A stretch of 64,000 nucleotides of DNA from Tubulanus polymorphus (GCF_964204645.1 NC_134029.1:22624950-22688949); one strand, 5' to 3'; positions 14,573 to 30,200 are shown, counted from the stretch's first letter. Translations and numbers: made by a program. Notes: generated by a model from the sequence alone, not told the origin.

Positions 14573-17500
14573 ATGGATATTTACAATAGTATGATATCTA
14601 AGAATGATGAGAGTAAGAGATGCGTTGTTCGTCCAAAGCGTTATATTCCACGAATCGATGAATTATTTTCTTCATGCGAAAATGACAATTCTCGACTCTC
14701 ATCGACATCGGCGCCTACTACAAATGATAATGATAAGTCCATTTCGGGAAAAAATCCGCATCAACAAAAAGTTGACTGCGATCTGAATAACGCGTCTAAT
14801 CATTTAACACGGAATTGTGCAACGCGAAAAGAAAATTCAGCCGTGGATGGAACTAGAGTAAATTCAATAACGACAGAATTTAAAGCGATGGAAATTAGGG
14901 ATAATCGCGACCAAGATTTACCGGTATACGCGCAAGGATCAGTTTTGGACGATGAACTTCTTGCGGCGAAGTTGCAGCAAGTTGCCTCGGAACAGGATAA
15001 ACTATCGGCCGCCAGATTTCGACATATCGATTCACGAAGCTCTTTAACGTCGAGTCTGAACGAAGACGGCGAACAAAACACGTTCTACGTTAACGAAAAT
15101 TCGCCGTTAGTTTTGAACGGTTCGGAGAATTCGAGCGTCAGAGAGATAGACACGACGATCAGCAGCCCCGACGTCGTAATCAGAGGTACGTTCGCCGGAC
15201 GACGAGATATTTTGAAATGTGGCTCGACGTTCAGTAATGGAGAATGCGAGATACGCAGCCCGAAAGGAACCGTGCGTGGGTTCAAGAACCGCGTAGCTGC
15301 TGGTATCGCTACATTTCATTTCGCTGCTGAACAAGTAGCTGGTAATGCTCAGGAGGTAAGATACATTCCGTCTGAATAGTGATTTGTTCGAATTTTGTCT
15401 GTTGTCAGTTAAGGTAGATTCTATAGAGTTGAAATTAGCTCATTTCAATTTATTTTTACCCCGCCAAGTCTTAACCTACATCTGTGGACAGCGACCTGGT
15501 CTTTCTTAATCTGAAAGTCAATTTATCCCGGAGAATATACTTTCAAAGACTCATGAATAATAAATTTCATCATGAAAATTAGTTTAGAGGCTCAAATGCA
15601 CGTATACTCCGCGTGAATGTGATTTAGGATTTTGGGGAGTATGCCTCTCTGTACTTGTAAAACTATGATTATGACTTGTTCCAAGACAAAATACAGATGT
15701 TCTGTTCCCAAAAAAATGCTGGGCCTAGCTGCACAGCGGTGACTTGAGTCCAAAAGTGGTCTTTAAATCTTATATTGATTGACTATAGAACTCGAAGTAG
15801 AAGTTCGTCTTTGCCATGGCTGTAACACTGGCCCCTGGGGCTAGGTGTAGGATGTTGGTTTATTGTGGGTTGACTGTTGTTATAACTAGCCTCAGCCATA
15901 TAATTGACTACGATTTCTGGTTTGCATTTTTAGGTGGATTACGCTGCCATCGAAGACGGCAAAATAATCATATATTCTACGAATCTAACGGTGAATCGTA
16001 AAGTACATCGAGACTGTCACGTTGTTCGCAGTATTCTACACACACACATGGTTCTCTACGAGGAACGCGATTTATGCATGAACAAAGAATTGCAGAAAGA
16101 ATTGAAGTCTCGTCTGAACGGGGAAATCATTCTTCCCGCTGTATTCGTGGATGGAAGATTTTTGGGGGTTAGTTCATTTAGCTAATGTAGTAAACCTAGC
16201 AAAATTAGTCTTTAGTTTTAGTAAAACTAAGTCCAAAGTTAAGGATTGGAAAAATATGAGATGATTATCGGAAAATGATTTCGATTTTTTTCCTTAGTCA
16301 AAACTCTGATTTACTGTATTGAATTTCAAAATCTCATTGAATCAGAAATGAAAGTTTCCCAAGACCTTCAGTATTCGAATTTTCTGTTGCTATCTCTAGC
16401 TGACACTGTTTCTAAGGTGTTTCTAACAGTAGGTTCCCTATCATGTTATACAATACCAGGGTGTGACTAACATTATCGAAGTGCCGTCATTAATTTGTCC
16501 AGTTGTCACCTGCCCTGACAATTAAACTGTTGTAGGTAACTGTTGAAGGATTTATCACTTCTATCTGACGATATTCATAATTAATCTACGCGGCAAGATC
16601 AGGAATAATCTGCGGTAATGAGATGTGTGCGGTTTTTGACTAATTCGCGATATTCTCTAATGCGATAGTTGCCAGCCTGATGTTACACGGAGGATAGCCT
16701 CGATACAGACAATAAGATTATTGTGTCATTCAAACTTTCAATGTAAAAACGCACCCATCTTCTTTTACAATAGAATGTGTGTGTAACAGCTTTGATGGTG
16801 ACGAGTATCAGTCATATCTGAACCACCACAGGGAACTGTTTTTCAATTATTCCTGTCTCTCAAAAGATCACAATATCACAATAATGCCATTTTCACGGTT
16901 TCTTTAATGTGACTGCGTCATGTAATATTGAATATTTCTTGCGCGGTATAGATAAAATTACAGAGGATTATTGCTATTAATAGAATGATAGATTATTCAT
17001 CCGATTAGTTTCTGATTACTGGCGCAAATGACTTCCTCAGAAATTATCTCCTTATATTCCATACTAAGCCTACGTGAGAAATGTTTCCCCTGGTGACCGT
17101 TCTAACCTCAAAACAAGTTCTCCAACTTTCTTGTTATATCCTTTTCCACGGAATCTCCAAAGCTTCTTGTTCTATACTTCTAACTCTGGTGAGTTGAGAT
17201 AAATCAGGAGCGGCGATTGCTTTTTGGGACATCGAGGTGTCCTTTTGGGATGTGACAATTCCTTCAAAATTGGCCTCTGGATCCACCCCTGAAAATTTGA
17301 CAAAATTGTTGATCAATTCAATGTATATTTCCACCAAAAATAAATAAAAATGTTACGTCGGGTCTGGTGACAAGGTGTCATACATATTACACTCAGAAAT
17401 ACAGGCTCGATTATATTGATGAATAACAAATTTGATATCCGTTTTTTGTTTTCACGCGCAGCGCGATATTGATGCTGTTTATGATTTTTTTTCGCTTTGT

Positions 17501-18310
17501 TTCAGAGCGCTGAAAAGCTCGAAATACTGAATGAAACTGGAGAGCTTCGTAAAATATTCACTCATTTTCCGGTAAGTGTTTGGTTGCTATAGTTACCCAG
17601 TCTCAAGTGTCATCGCACATCCTGTTCAAACAATTGTTGACCTGTTTTGAAATTTAATCTTTTTTTTCAATGATTCTGAATTGAAATTCATTATTTCTGA
17701 TTGTATTAGCGATTTCCAGTGTGTGCGCTGAAAATTCGATGATTTCATTTTGAACTACGTATACTATAGATTAGGGATTATAGATTTTCCAGTGCTGCAT
17801 TTTTTGCTCTGTCCAGGGAGGTGGGAGTGAACTACCTCCCTGCTCTGTCAAGTGTTTGTTTTAAAAAGAAAAACTTTATAAAGTTTAATGATACCTTAAT
17901 AATACTTTGCCAATTTCGCATAATTCTACTTAGCACTTTTTTTTACTAATACATAATAGTTTTAGAAATTAGTATTTTGAATTATGGTTAACTTAAAAAA
18001 GTGCTTAATAAGCGGATTACTTTTGCTTCAGATTTACTGCTATGAACTCTTTTATTTCATTGGGATACTTTTGCTGTATTTTAGCTATTTTACTAATCGA
18101 TTATCTGTTTATTTGTTTCAGTGTGTCAGTGTACGGTCGGCCTGTGAACGTTGCGGCGGCTATCGTTATGTTCCGTGCACGATTTGTCACGGAAGTAAAA
18201 AATCGTTACACCGCAATCACTTTACGGAAACATTTCACGCGCTACGCTGCACGATTTGCAATGAAAATGGTCTCATTCGCTGCGTAGTTTGTCACAACCA
18301 ACCTCGTTAG
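14573..18310 (+). CDS. Glutaredoxin domain-containing cysteine-rich protein (GRXCR1 / Drosophila CG31559-like); exons ~14573-15355, 15934-16167, 17506-17571, 18122-18310
   Basis: N-terminal [20 protein letters not shown]; GRX-like IIIYSTNL...YEERDLCM...[12 protein letters not shown]|[18 protein letters not shown]; C-terminal [45 protein letters not shown]. Confidence 0.92.
17204..17291. mobile_element. Degenerate short MITE of the GGATCC-TIR family in a GRXCR intron
   Basis: Right end CCTCTGGATCCACCCCTG resembles the end CCTCTGGATCCGCGCCTG at 23477-23494; the left end CAGGAGCGG is degenerate. Confidence 0.4.
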
Positions 18311-20363
18311 ATACTTAAATCTAGTTACAGTTTGGTAGATGATTTCTCATAGTTTTTCTAGGGCCTAGAAGCCCGTATTGATATTCATTTAGAATCTCTT
18401 TATCGTGGTGCGAACTATTTTGGCATTTTTGTTTATTTTTTGCACTTGAAATATTTTATTTATTTTATAATGTTATATTAATCGTATTCGTATTCATTAT
18501 CAAGATTTCTCGAATGTAGAGTTAAGTGTTTTTTCGTCACAAAACTGTGAATCCAAATGACAAAAATAGGTCTTCATCGGGTCAAATCAGATAGATTTCA
18601 AATCATTTTTTCGTTTTAGTAGAGCTTCGTGAATATTCCTAAATAATACGATACATGTTAAGATGATTCTATGAATGGTCATTTCTATGTATATGACCCT
18701 TATTCCGTATGTGTTAAAACTAATTTGTGGTTCTTTGATTTGTGATAATCAATTGCGTTTAAATCGTGAAATAAAACATTCACTTTGTTGGCAGTTTATA
18801 GAAATATTTATTCCGCGAATAGAATAGTGAATCATGTATGAAAAATATGATTTCCAGAAAAGGTTTTCTTGTTTGTTCTTAGTCTTTTCTTGGAAATCAT
18901 TTCATTGAAATAAATCAGTCGATATCGTGTTCATTTACTAGTCTTACTTTAAAAGTATATTGTATGAATATAAAGCTATTTTGCTCCATGACGTGCCTTT
19001 ATCCCTACTCTAAAAACATTCCAGTATTCGTTTCTTGACGTTATTATTATCTTTACTGTTATAAATAATTAGGAAATAGTCTAAAAACTGTTGAATATGG
19101 AATTTCGTGGTATATAGTTTGTAGATATAAATATAGCTCAAAGTAAACGGTTGTTTCACATTCCGGATTTGCACCGTCCATTTGGAATATTTAAGGGAAT
19201 ATAAAAACATTATTCATAATAACAAAAATATCATTGTATGTATTTCTTAAGAGGTTTGTTCGCATGCGCAACTTTTACCTGCGCTGTGACGTCACCTTCC
19301 TCGATTGAATGGCACTTCAGTGGAACTTTGTTACAACGAACTTCAAGGCATCGGTAATTGTGTTGGTTATAATCGATAGTTCATTATCTTATGAAGGTAT
19401 TAGAATTGTTCTATTTTGGCACAAAATGCAAAGTTTCCGCTGTAATCGTAATGAGGATTTTTTAAGAACATCCGCCCAATTAATTTCTGGAGTTCAAGAT
19501 CTCAAGCCTTTTTGATCTGTTTTTTTCTCTCCTAGTCAGTATGTTTCAAAAAGAGAAAGAAAAATAATTGACGTTTGCGTATTTTAATTCTAATGGTAGG
19601 AATATATATATATTGCCAGCTTATGTAACATTTCTATTGAGAACCATACATACATATCAACGCGATTTTGATGTAAATAAATGAATATTTATTTGTCATT
19701 TTGTTGTTACCTAAAGCGAGAATAAAGAATATGCAATGTATACAAAAACCACTATTTTCTTTCATTTGGCTGTTGTACTTTAAGCGCTCGAGTTCTATTG
19801 GTGACCGACAGCTGAAAAAAGTCCAATTTCTTTTGAATAGACAGATTCCATCGATAGAAATGTCCGTGTTCATACGGATAAATCGAACTGATGATTATCT
19901 ACATTGGAAGCGTTAATGATTAACCTCTATATGAATGATAATTAGACACTTGTCGATGAGGAATGCTGTATATTATATCGATGAGTGTTTTGTTCGATTG
20001 CACTCCGCGATTGCGGATCATACTGATGGTGACAAAGATGGAAACATGCCGGACACAATCGCGTGTCTAATAGATGACAGGAAAGACAATTCAACACGTG
20101 GAAACTGGGACAACTGTTGCAGCGATGATCGTTGCGTGATTACTTTAAGAGTTCGATTGATGTCCAACAGATACGGATGCAACAGGCTACCAAAACAAAT
20201 TCCATTCAGTATCTATTCACTCAACTAGATTGTCGAATGTACCTAGTAGATGCCTAGTAGATGCTCACCGGCAATCTGCGTGTTCATGAGAAATAAGGCG
20301 AGCTATCAAAGCTAGTGAATTCTACAAAAAAAAATTGGAAAGGATAAGCATACGGTGATAAAA

Positions 20364-22988
20364 ATGAATTCCGGGGTGAATATGTCGTCATCTAGTACTA
20401 CGATGATCGCACCCACGTCTTTAAAGTATGGACCACAAGATCAAGACTTGCCGAATATGACATGGGACGATGCCACGTGGATTTTGACCAGTTCATTTAT
20501 TATCTTCACTATGCAGTCAGGTACGTAAAAGGATACATAAAAAGTATTTGTATTCGTGCATCTGAGAAGCCGATCTATTTTCAATACGAATTATTTACCA
20601 ATTTTAGGTTTTGGTCTTTTGGAGGCCGGTGTCGTTTCTTCAAAGAATGAAGTGAACATTATGGTGAAGAATGCTGTTGATGTTGTATTCGGTGGTATCA
20701 CGTATTGGTTGTACGGCTATGCGCTCAGTTTTGGAACGGGACCTCTGAACAACCCATTCTGCGGAGCTTCCTATTTTCTGGTAGACGCCTCTCATTCTGA
20801 TATGGGTATCGTTTTTTCGACGTACATTTTCCAGCTCTCCTTCGCTACCACCGCAACTACTATCGTCTCGGGTGCAATGGCAGAGAGAACTAGACTAAGC
20901 GCTTATATCATTTACTCACTTCTGAACACAATAGTGTACGTACTACCTGCCCACTGGCTTTGGGGTAAAGATGGCTGGTTGAATGATTTAGGAGCAGTAG
21001 ATATTGCTGGCTCTGGAGCTGTCCACTTGCTAGGTGGTGTATCTGCTCTAGTCGCCGCCTGGATGTTGAAACCACGGATGGGAAGGTACGACAACGAAGA
21101 TGAACCGTGGCCTTTGGGAAACCCGTCCAATATGATGATCGGTACATTTATGCTTTGGTGAGACATTTGCAAAGTCAATCTCTCTCAAAATCAATGTTTG
21201 TTAATTTGTTTCCATGATTAACACGATATTTTAATTCAAGGTGGGGCTGGTTGGCGTTTAATTGCGGCAGTACGTTTGGTATTTCAGGGGGCAAATGGAA
21301 ATTGTCTGCCAAGTAAGTTAATTTTTCTCATTCCAACAAAACATACTTTTCGACAAAAACTCAAACAACAATTTCAACTGACAAAACGGATTAGGAGCTG
21401 TCCAAGCAATTAAAGACACTCCATACATTATCATTAAAAAGATATATCGGAACTGTTTCTCCTCTAATTCGAAGCAGAAGAAATCAACCATGTGATGCAT
21501 TAAATGATTTTCCAAACACCCCTTCCCTCGTTTACTAAAGTCCAAAGTTGACTACTCCCCTCGACCTGAACGTCTAACAGCCCCTTATATTATCTTTTAT
21601 TGTTACAGATCAGCAGTTACAACTATAAACGCCTCAGTCGGTGGAGGTGCTGTAGGAATAATATTCACGTTAGTATTCAAATTGCTGATATCGATATCCT
21701 TGATTTCCATGCTTGTAGCACATTCTGACGATCTCTTGCTTTTATTTAGATTTGTAAAGACTCGCAAGTTTATGATACCAGATATAATAAACTCGGTGCT
21801 TGGCGCACTGGTTGGTGTCACGGGTAGGTCCGAATTGTTATCAACGTAAGAAGAATTACAATTGATACTTTTCGTAAGTCTTTATCGCAATCATTCTAAT
21901 TGATCCATTTATAGCTGGCTGCGCAGTTGTCCGACCATGGGAAGCTATCATTATCGGCGCAATTGGCGCTTTGTTGTCATTGCTTGCTGGTCCTTTGCTT
22001 GATAAATTTCACATTGATGATCCTGTCGGTGCCACCGCTGTACACGCAGTCGGGGGACTATGGGTAAGTAATTTCTTTTTGCTCCAATCAGAAGCAATAC
22101 TTTTAGAAAATGAAATAAATGATTTATAAAAATTCGATTTTTAAGGGTATGTTAGCTGTTGGTATTTTCGCTGATTTCGACCCACTGGAGGACATGACAA
22201 AAGGCAATGTTGGGTTAATCCATGGTGGAGGGTTGAAGTTTTTTGGTATCCAATTAGCAGCATCATTGGCCATCATGGTCTGGAGTGCTGTAACTTCATT
22301 TTGTCTCCTCTTCGTAAGTAGCTGATAATGATAATGAATATAATAACAATAATAATGATAATAATTAATTTCCATAATTCCATCTAAAATCTGCTCTTTG
22401 GCTTACGAAATGAGATGCATATGAATTTGAATTGGTAAAACAGCATATAAGTTAAGAATAAGCTATGGTAAAAAGTAGCGTCTTCAATTGAGATGAAAAA
22501 AACATCTAAGGATGGACTAAAATGTAATTGGTAAGGAAACTGATCAGTTCAGAAGTCTTCAACATTACCATACGTTATTCTGGACGATTCCCTAAGGCAT
22601 CTTTAATTACGACCTTTGAAAGAACCCTCAAACTCACAACATTCATTCACATTATACATAGGCGATAGATAAAGCGGTTGGTATCAGAATGTCGGAGGAA
22701 GAGGAAGAATTAGGAGCAGACTTTGTAGAACACGGTATCGGTCAAGGCAGAGACATTCTCGTCGTGAAAGAAGCACCGCAGCCGGGAACCTCTGATGATA
22801 GGCCAGTGACTGCGGTTTCGTTAGGTCGTCACGCTTTCAATCTCGGCCGAGGAAGTGTTGTACATCTACGAACACCATCCCTTCAAAATGTCAACAAAGA
22901 CAATGTAGTTCATATCGAGGTGAAACCAAAAGACGAAGGTCATGTTAATAAATTATTCGTTAATGATGATGTTAACAAAGATACATAA
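20364..22988 (+). CDS. Ammonium transporter (Amt family), copy 1, intact, 8 coding exons
   Basis: WDDATWILTSSFIIFTMQS|GFGLLEAG, KNEVNIMVKNAVDV, FQLSFATTATTIVSGAMAER, DIAGSGAVH, WWGWLAFNCGS, DDPVGATAVH. Both pore histidines are present. Confidence 0.95.
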
Positions 22989-23346
22989 ATAGTATTTATT
23001 CATTTAGTCGAATGTATTGTGTTAAAATATTGATATTCATGAATCCCAGTTTTCCCAACACTGTTAAAAACATTTTACTTTCATTATAAGACAATTATTT
23101 AGAATAAATATCAATTTACCATTTTACACACGTGTGTTTTCTTTTTGTAAGAAAAATAAAGACAGATTTATTGTTCAAAATATTCTTCTTCAATATCTCT
23201 TTCGAAACACTGTAAATTCTTTTGGGCGAAATCCAATTTTTGCGACATGGATGCACAGAGAACGTCACATCCGATGGAGGTCAAAGCCCCAAGTTCCCAT
23301 CCTGGGCGGTTTGATTTCTTATTATATACGAGAAAAAAATCATAAT

Positions 23347-23494
23347 CGGTAGCGGATCCAGGATTTTTTCTAGGAGGGGTTCAAAAAAATGTTAGACTTC
23401 CGACTAAAATCTCTAATGATAGCCGGGGCCTATAACATTTTGGTAGCTGAGCGGGGGGTCACAACCCCTGAAACATCCTCTGGATCCGCGCCTG
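23347..23494. mobile_element. MITE with GCGGATCCAG terminal inverted repeats
   Basis: Left GCGGATCCAGGA, right TCTGGATCCGCGCCTG. Related ends occur at ~17275-17291 and ~39275-39290. Confidence 0.6.
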
Positions 23495-23579
23495 ATGATA
23501 CGTATACTAAGTTCTGTTTGGTATGCAGTAGACACACACAAAAGGTACAATAGCACTCACAGAATGTTGGGTGTAAACA

Positions 23580-23749
23580 TAGGTGGAACCTTGTTATAAC
23601 GACCTCGGATATAACGATTTATCGGTTATAACAAACCTGGGATTTCATTCCAAATGGGACAATTTTGACAATTTCATACTGGATATAACTCTCGGTTTTA
23701 ACGAACATATCGCATTCCCTAAAGTTCGTTACATAACGAAGTCCCACTG
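23580..23749. mobile_element. Tc1/mariner-pogo (Tigger-like) MITE, copy A
   Basis: Left GTGGAACCTTGTTATAACGACCTCGGATATAACG, right CGTTACATAACGAAGTCCCACTG followed by TA. Shares internal sequence with 55983-56136 (ATCGGTT..CAAACCTGG.ATTTC, ATTTCATACTGGATATAAC). Confidence 0.7.
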
Positions 23750-24608
23750 TAATCTCGCGCCCTTCTGCCATCTCCAATATTGATCGCAACTCCAGGATTG
23801 AAATGTTAGTTTTTGTGGATCTGATGGTAAAATTTGACAACAATTCTTACAATTGTCGTATAGTGAAGTATAACATTTGAGAAATAAAAGGAATCAAATT
23901 CATAAGATATATACACGTAATTTTATGATAATGAAATAACGATGGGATAACGTCACGACCATTCGATTAGTAGATCAACAGAGATGAGGTTAACCGAACT
24001 ATCCTATACATATATACGTAGATGACAACCATTCACAGATCAAAAAGCTTTTATGTTCGCATGGGGTAAAGTTGATGCTGCTATCTATTCTGTTGTATAC
24101 TAGTCATCGAAGTGATAATTACTGAAGCTGTAATCACTTATCGATATTTTCTCTTGAGATGATAAAGATCAGGTCGATATAGCGATGGACATTGCGACAC
24201 ACTCGATTAATCACCTTTCCATATTTCCCGGAAACATTTAAACATTGGTGATCGGAAGGGGAATACCTCTGTAGATGGTTGAATCTCGATTCATAGTATC
24301 AGTTGGAGTAAACTACTAAAGGTATATAGAAATTTGTTTATCTATCTTTAACTTGACAGGAAAAAAAACGATTACCGAACTTAATTCTCGTTTTCTACGA
24401 GGTCCAAATCGAGCACTTGCCAGTCGGACTAGAACTGAGTGAACGAGACAGGTATGGCGTCAAGAGTCTAAAGACAAGAAAACTAGAAGAAAACAAGAAA
24501 GTCTAAAGATTCGACATTTTTCTATCCTATTGTTCCATTAAGAAATGCATAATCACCTTTTTCTAAGTTTGTAATTCACCGTTTTTGTAAATGTTATAGG
24601 ACAGTAAG

Positions 24609-27073
24609 ATGGTTAACAGCAATAATTCCACGATGGTGACTACCGCTTACAAACCACCGACGATCAACACTGCTTTAGCAGATGCGATGTCTTGGGACGA
24701 TGCTACTTGGATTCTAACAAGCTCATTTATCACCGTGCATTTATCATTTTCACCATGCAGTCAGGTACAGTCGTAGGTTAACAGTAACCCATGCACACCA
24801 ATTGTTAGATTCCACAACTTGTAGTAGTCGAATTAGTCTAATGTACATACCAACATTTGCTATTTCTTTCAAGTGCTATATATATATATATATATATCTA
24901 CATGTATCTAGGTTTTGGTCTCCTGGAAGCTGGAGCGGTAAAGTCTAAGAATGAAGTGAACATTATGGTAAAGAACGCCGTTGATGTCGTATTCGGCGGT
25001 ATCACGTATTGGATGTACGGTTACGGACTCAGTTTCGGAACCGATCCGGGAAACAATGCATTCTGTGGTGTCGGTAGCTTTCTCGTTGACGCCTCGACTC
25101 TCGAGATGGGGAACACTTTTTCCACGTATATTTTCCAGTTATCGTTCGCTACGACAGCTACGACTATCGTATCCGGTGCGATGGCCGAGAGAACGCAACT
25201 ATCGTCGTACATCGTCTTTTCACTTTTAAACACGATCACTTACGCGATTCCAGCCCATTGGATTTGGGGAGAGAAGGGATTTCTTTATGAATTAGGTGTC
25301 CTCGACATCGCCGGTTCCGGAGGTGTCCATCTTCTTGGAGGTGTTTCGGCTGTTGTGGCGGCAATGCTTCTCGGTCCTCGAAAGGGTCGGTATGATAAAG
25401 GTTGGGATACTCCCTGGGAACTCGGCAATGCTACGAATTCCATGATCGGAATGTTCATGTTGTGGTAGGTAATTTTTGTATCTATTTCAATCTGTTTCAG
25501 TTTGCTGAATTCACTAAATAGTTTTATCAACTGATTCCAGGTGGGGCTGGCTCGGCTTCAACTGCGGTAGTACGTTTGGTATATCTGGTGGAAAATGGAA
25601 ACTCGCTGCAAAGTAGTTCTTTTTTCTAATTTTCTATTTTCTAATATCAATATCCCATCACTTTCGTTAATATCAATGTTAATAAGATATTGAAATGATT
25701 TCATATTTATCTGTTTTCATCCAGATCCGCTGTTACAACAATAAATGGTTCGGTAGGTGGCGGACTAGCTGGAATTGTTCTCAGGTTTGTCCTTTGCCAA
25801 ACAATCTGTCTAACTCGTGTAGCTGTGTATATATATCATCAACATCGATCATCCATGTTGTTTCTTTAACCTAGAATTATTCCCACCAGAAATAACTTTA
25901 ATGTATGTAAATTTCTACTTGATATTGAAAGAAGTCATTAATTGTAATTTGGATATATTCTGTAGTTATTTCCTACATAAAGGAGTTTATGATATTGGAG
26001 ATATAGTGAATTCAGTACTTGGTGGATTAGTTGGAATAACAGGTAAACCCTTTTTCAAAGTTTCACTTTCAGTGTCAATTTTGGATCGTCTTCCATGGAT
26101 GATTATTTGATATATATATAATGAAGTATATCTGTTTTATATTATAGCGGGTTGCGCTTTAGTCCGTCCATGGGAAGCATTTATAATTGGTTTGATTGGT
26201 GGAATCATCGGAGTATTGGGAGTTCCTTTGTTCAACTGGTTTAAAATCGATGATCCCGTTGGGGCAATCGCTGTGCACGGACTTGCCGGGTTTTGGGTTC
26301 GTACATTGACCAATAACTATTACTTCTCTCGTAGTAAACCATCGACTCAACGTTAACCATTTAACTATGCATATCAATGGTAACATTCCGATTCGTTTTT
26401 CTTCTCTAAAGGGAATGCTGTCGCTTGGATTTTTCTGCGATGTTGATCCTGTGATTGACGCGAGTGGTGGACAGGCTGGATTGTTCCACGGAGGAGGTTT
26501 TCGTCTGTTGGGCGTACAAACACTTGCGTGCGTTTGCGTCATCGCTTGGAGTGCAGCTACGTCATTTATCATGTTAAAAGTAAGTGATTCATGTCCAGGT
26601 TATTCCGAACTTGTGAAAGTTACTCGCGAGTCACAGTAAAAAGTTGTTTTCTTTATAAATCATTTTAGTCAATAGATATGGTAATGGGTTTGCGCATGTC
26701 CGAGGAACATGAACGTTTAGGAGCGGATTTCGTCGAGCACGGACTGGGTCAAAATTCCGATTTGGTTATTCTCCAAGAAGCCGTTACCACTAAAACAGCC
26801 GAAAACCGTAGGAAATCTATGGGTGGGGGCCGCAAGCTGTCGGTGTCGTTTCGAAGTCCTAGTCGCCACGGAGCGTTCAGTTTTCAGAGAACCGTAACGA
26901 TGGAAATTGATCCTGATGTCGACGAAGAGGAGCCGGCAACTTTATTCGAGAAGGTTCCTCCCAGTTACACGCGGCCAGGTCTACTCACTGTAGATAATAA
27001 TCACGCAAGGGATAATCCGAACTATGTTCCAGATCCACATGAGGACAATGTGAGTAACAGCGTTCGATTCTGA
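24609..27073 (+). pseudogene. Ammonium transporter (Amt family), copy 2; frameshifted in exon 1 by a 14-bp insertion in this assembly/allele
   Basis: Same exon structure and motifs as copy 1. Exon 1 reads SWDDATWILTSSFI+ACCGTGCATTTATC+IFTMQS; the shifted frame hits TAA about 10 codons into exon 2. All other exons translate cleanly. Confidence 0.8.
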
Positions 27074-28590
27074 AGACTGGATCAAGTGATAATAACGAAT
27101 AATTTCGTTCGTAAAAAAGTGAAAAATTAGTCGAGAAATCATATTACAACGTATTGTTTGCACGACTTCATTAAAACGTGAAAAATTAGTTGAAAAATCT
27201 TATTCTCATTACACATCGTATCCTCACGACCTCAACACGCGTTCAATTTTAAAATGCATCGATAAAATTGATTTTTGTTCAATGTTTTTGCTCTGTTTGA
27301 AATGATTGCTTACATTCCTCCGCTACGAGTTTTACAGCACTGTAGATTTGAAATTGTCAAATAAACTGGGAAATGCTTTTGATACAGTTGAAAAAGAGTT
27401 GTTTTATACAGGGTACTACTAAACCGAAGAGAAAGTAGGATAAATGAGAACATATTTTACAAAAGAAATTTACGTATATATAGTATATGTACTGTACATT
27501 TATATATTGCATATTGAAAATTCGGCACATACTGTTTCGAACTTTATATTGCATTATGAAGCTCATAGTCTCAGAATTCATACGTCACATCCTCTGATTA
27601 ATAAATCTCATGAAAATACTTGTTTCAATTATAATTGATCCCGCTTAGAGAATGTGACACTCTTCATCTTTCTCTTTCGTTTGAATCTGTTTCGTTTTGA
27701 TATCCGGATCCTTGTATTCCCCATCGAGATATAATCTGTAATCGAGAAACATAACACGATCTAACATACATTATCTACCAAAATGACGTCACTGTGGCTT
27801 CTTTCTATTTACCTGACGTAATATAATAGTTTAGTAGGTCGTGGCACCTGGTCAATTACTTCTTTCTTGTTTTTACCAGTTGTGCGTGTAAAATACCATT
27901 CGCCTTTGCATTCTGTCACTTCAACCCCGATGGTTAACGCGACGCGTTCAGCTACAGGTCCAGCCCATTCACTACACAATACAACCGCATCTACAAACGC
28001 AAAAAAAATGTGCTGATTTTATTTATTGAAATTAAAAACGGACCTGGGTTAGTCATAATGGTGGGTCTAAATCGGTGCGTTCTAAAAAGAGAGGGGTCCT
28101 ATTTAAACTGGTATCTACGCTTGGTCGAACATTCAAAGACAAATTCTGAGGGCGCTCTACCTGTTGCTTCGAGCCAGATTTTAATCCGCTGCATCAGATC
28201 GCTCATCGACTCGAAGTTTTTATCGCCAGCCGTTTCACCGATACATTTGGGTACGAATGTTTTGTGAGTGAGAAACGGAGCCCGTAAGGACGGTCCACCT
28301 CCGTCTGCCCCTCCTTCGCTATCGTCCCTCAAATACGTTACTCTCAGGAATTGTATATGCGTGTACCTAGATATCTTATACACGAACATATTACCAGACT
28401 CAGTATCGTGCTCATCTGAAAGACATGAAAAAATTACTTTAAACTTCTACCAGAGACGATATCGAATGCAGAAGGTTCGTATAGAAATTATAGATTAGAT
28501 TATTCACCTAATTTTGTCTTTACAAGCGGAGTCTGTAATGTTTTCATGTTTATGATATTTATACCCTGAAAAACATACGTTAATACATGT

Positions 28591-28812
<222 letters not shown>

Positions 28813-29296
28813 TTTTGTTTCAACATTTTCCACAGGCGAGTAAGTTCAGTATGAAATCGGAATATCGTGCTTTCGGATTATTTGGTAAAATCTTTTTTTT
28901 TATTCACGACTGAGGATTCTAGCGTATTCAAGTTACCTGCTTCTGATGTTTGATCCAATCGCGAGCTTGTGAACAAACATTATGGAATGGACAAAATAAC
29001 AGTGGATTGCCAGCACAGTTTGCTGAATTCTTCGAGCTAGATGTGCGATCGGGAACGAAGTCTTTAAATCCTGATATAGAAATTCAAATACGCTTATCTA
29101 TAGCACAAAAGCAAAATATTCGAAACGATTTGCAAGTAAAAAAAATAAAGTGATTATTTTCTTTGTAGAATATAATAGTGTTGTACTTTGAAAGAAATCT
29201 AATTACAGGAAGAAAGGGGACGTAAAATCGCTAACGTCGAAATTTTTAAATTATCAGCATTGTCGGAAATCGCTGCCTGCTCCAGAATGTTGAAGC

Positions 29297-30200
<904 letters not shown>

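Noticed and set aside
17134-17337. 67-aa minus-strand ORF inside a GRXCR intron, a possible nested gene
   Set aside because: It overlaps a degenerate GGATCC-TIR MITE, has no consistent splice partners and no recognisable motif.
27813-27990. Suspected fifth lesion in the repeat-protein gene
   Set aside because: On re-reading, the exon translates cleanly to ...PTKLLYYVR in the correct phase.
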